DNA of 64,000 bases, taken from Planctomycetota bacterium. Its GTDB lineage: Bacteria > Planctomycetota > UBA1135 > UBA2386. How positions within the stretch are numbered: position 1 is the stretch's first letter; every line of letters begins with the position of its first letter. Shown here one piece after another: positions 63,316 to 64,000 of the stretch. The stretch is from the NCBI GenBank assembly GCA_965223545.1, contig OZ245006.1, positions 1,600,001-1,664,000 of the forward strand, written 5' to 3'. The translations under genes were made by a program, and so were the position numbers. The notes beneath the pieces were generated by a model. The model saw nothing but the letters and a program-made list of their open reading frames with translations. It had not been told where the DNA came from and ran no database searches.

Positions 63316-63450
63316 TTAGCCGACGCGGAACTTGCCGCTGCGCGCGCGCTTGCGCTTGATGATCTTGCGCCCCGCCGCGGTCTTCGAGCGGGAGCGGAAC
63401 CCGACCTTGCGGGCGCGCTTGAGGTTGGAACGACGAACCTTGAGCTTCAT
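63316..63450 (-). CDS. rpmH: 50S ribosomal protein L34
   Basis: MKLKVRRSNLKRARKVGFRSRSKTAAGRKIIKRKRARSG; 44 aa, L34 pattern KR.R..GFR.R..T..GR. Confidence 0.88.
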   Translation of the reverse strand: MKLKVRRSNLKRARKVGFRSRSKTAAGRKIIKRKRARSGKFRVG

Positions 63451-63552
63451 GGCACTGTCAGGTGGCGTGGCGAGGACCGAGGAGGGTAGCAATCGGCCCC
63501 CCCACATGCAAACCCGGGCCGCGGCGGATTCCAAGGCCGCGCCAGCGGCACT

Positions 63553-64000
63553 TTACTGCCGGTACATGGTCTCGCGCAGGACTTCTTCGACGGTGCTGAC
63601 GCCGTCGTAGATCGCCATCAGCCCGGCCTCCCGCAGGCTGCGCATGCCGCCCTCGATCGCCGCCTTCCGCAGGGCCTCGGTGCTGACTCGGTCCAGGATC
63701 AGGTCGTAGAGGCGCTCGTCCAGCTCCATGACCTCGGCCACGGCCGCGCGGCCGCGGAAGCCGGTGAAGTTGCACGTGTCGCACCCCTTCCCGTATGCAA
63801 AGCGCTTTCCTGCAACATCTTCGGGCTGCAAGTCGAGCTCGCGCAGGATGTGCTCGGCCGGCTCGTAGAAGGTCCGGCACTCGGCGCAGATCCGGCGCAC
63901 CAGCCGCTGCGCAACCACGCTGTTGAGAGTTGCGGTGATCAGGAATGGCTCGATCCCGATGTCGATCAGCCGGGTGATCGCCGAGGGCGCATCGTTGGTG
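63553..64000 (-). CDS. C-terminal part of a PilB/GspE-family secretion/pilus ATPase (truncated by window edge)
   Basis: [48 protein letters not shown]. Confidence 0.92.
   Translation of the reverse strand, partial: TNDAPSAITRLIDIGIEPFLITATLNSVVAQRLVRRICAECRTFYEPAEHILRELDLQPEDVAGKRFAYGKGCDTCNFTGFRGRAAVAEVMELDERLYDLILDRVSTEALRKAAIEGGMRSLREAGLMAIYDGVSTVEEVLRETMYRQ

Overview
High-GC bacterial genomic window. Inferred from protein content, it most resembles an uncultured Planctomycetota-like lineage. About 47 CDS are supportable. They include many secreted repeat proteins (two ELWxxDGT proteins, an FG-GAP protein, a hydrolase-propeller fusion), a membrane-anchored ECF sigma factor, an amino-sugar/peptidoglycan scavenging cluster (SIS, SSS transporter, two NamZ-like), glycosylation genes, a Gld-like ABC/DUF58/BatA cluster, orphan rplC and rpmH, clpP, a partner-switching pair and a partial PilB/GspE ATPase. 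Four things stand out. (1) A RAYT-type HUH transposase lies next to a ~354-bp-period array of alternating-orientation hairpins, and a complete group IIC-like intron has inserted at the base of one hairpin (33500-35532). (2) An (AG)17 tract sits inside the signal-peptide region of a ~1,380-aa secreted protein and puts its only good ATG out of frame, suggesting phase variation in the OFF state. (3) A recurrent ~120-aa C-terminal domain occurs on 5-7 unrelated secreted proteins, and ten predicted secreted proteins start with Gln after cleavage, suggesting a lineage-specific sorting system. (4) An orphan, insertion-bearing L3 gene is followed by a 53-aa basic ORF. All family assignments come from motif recognition by eye; no database searches were run.
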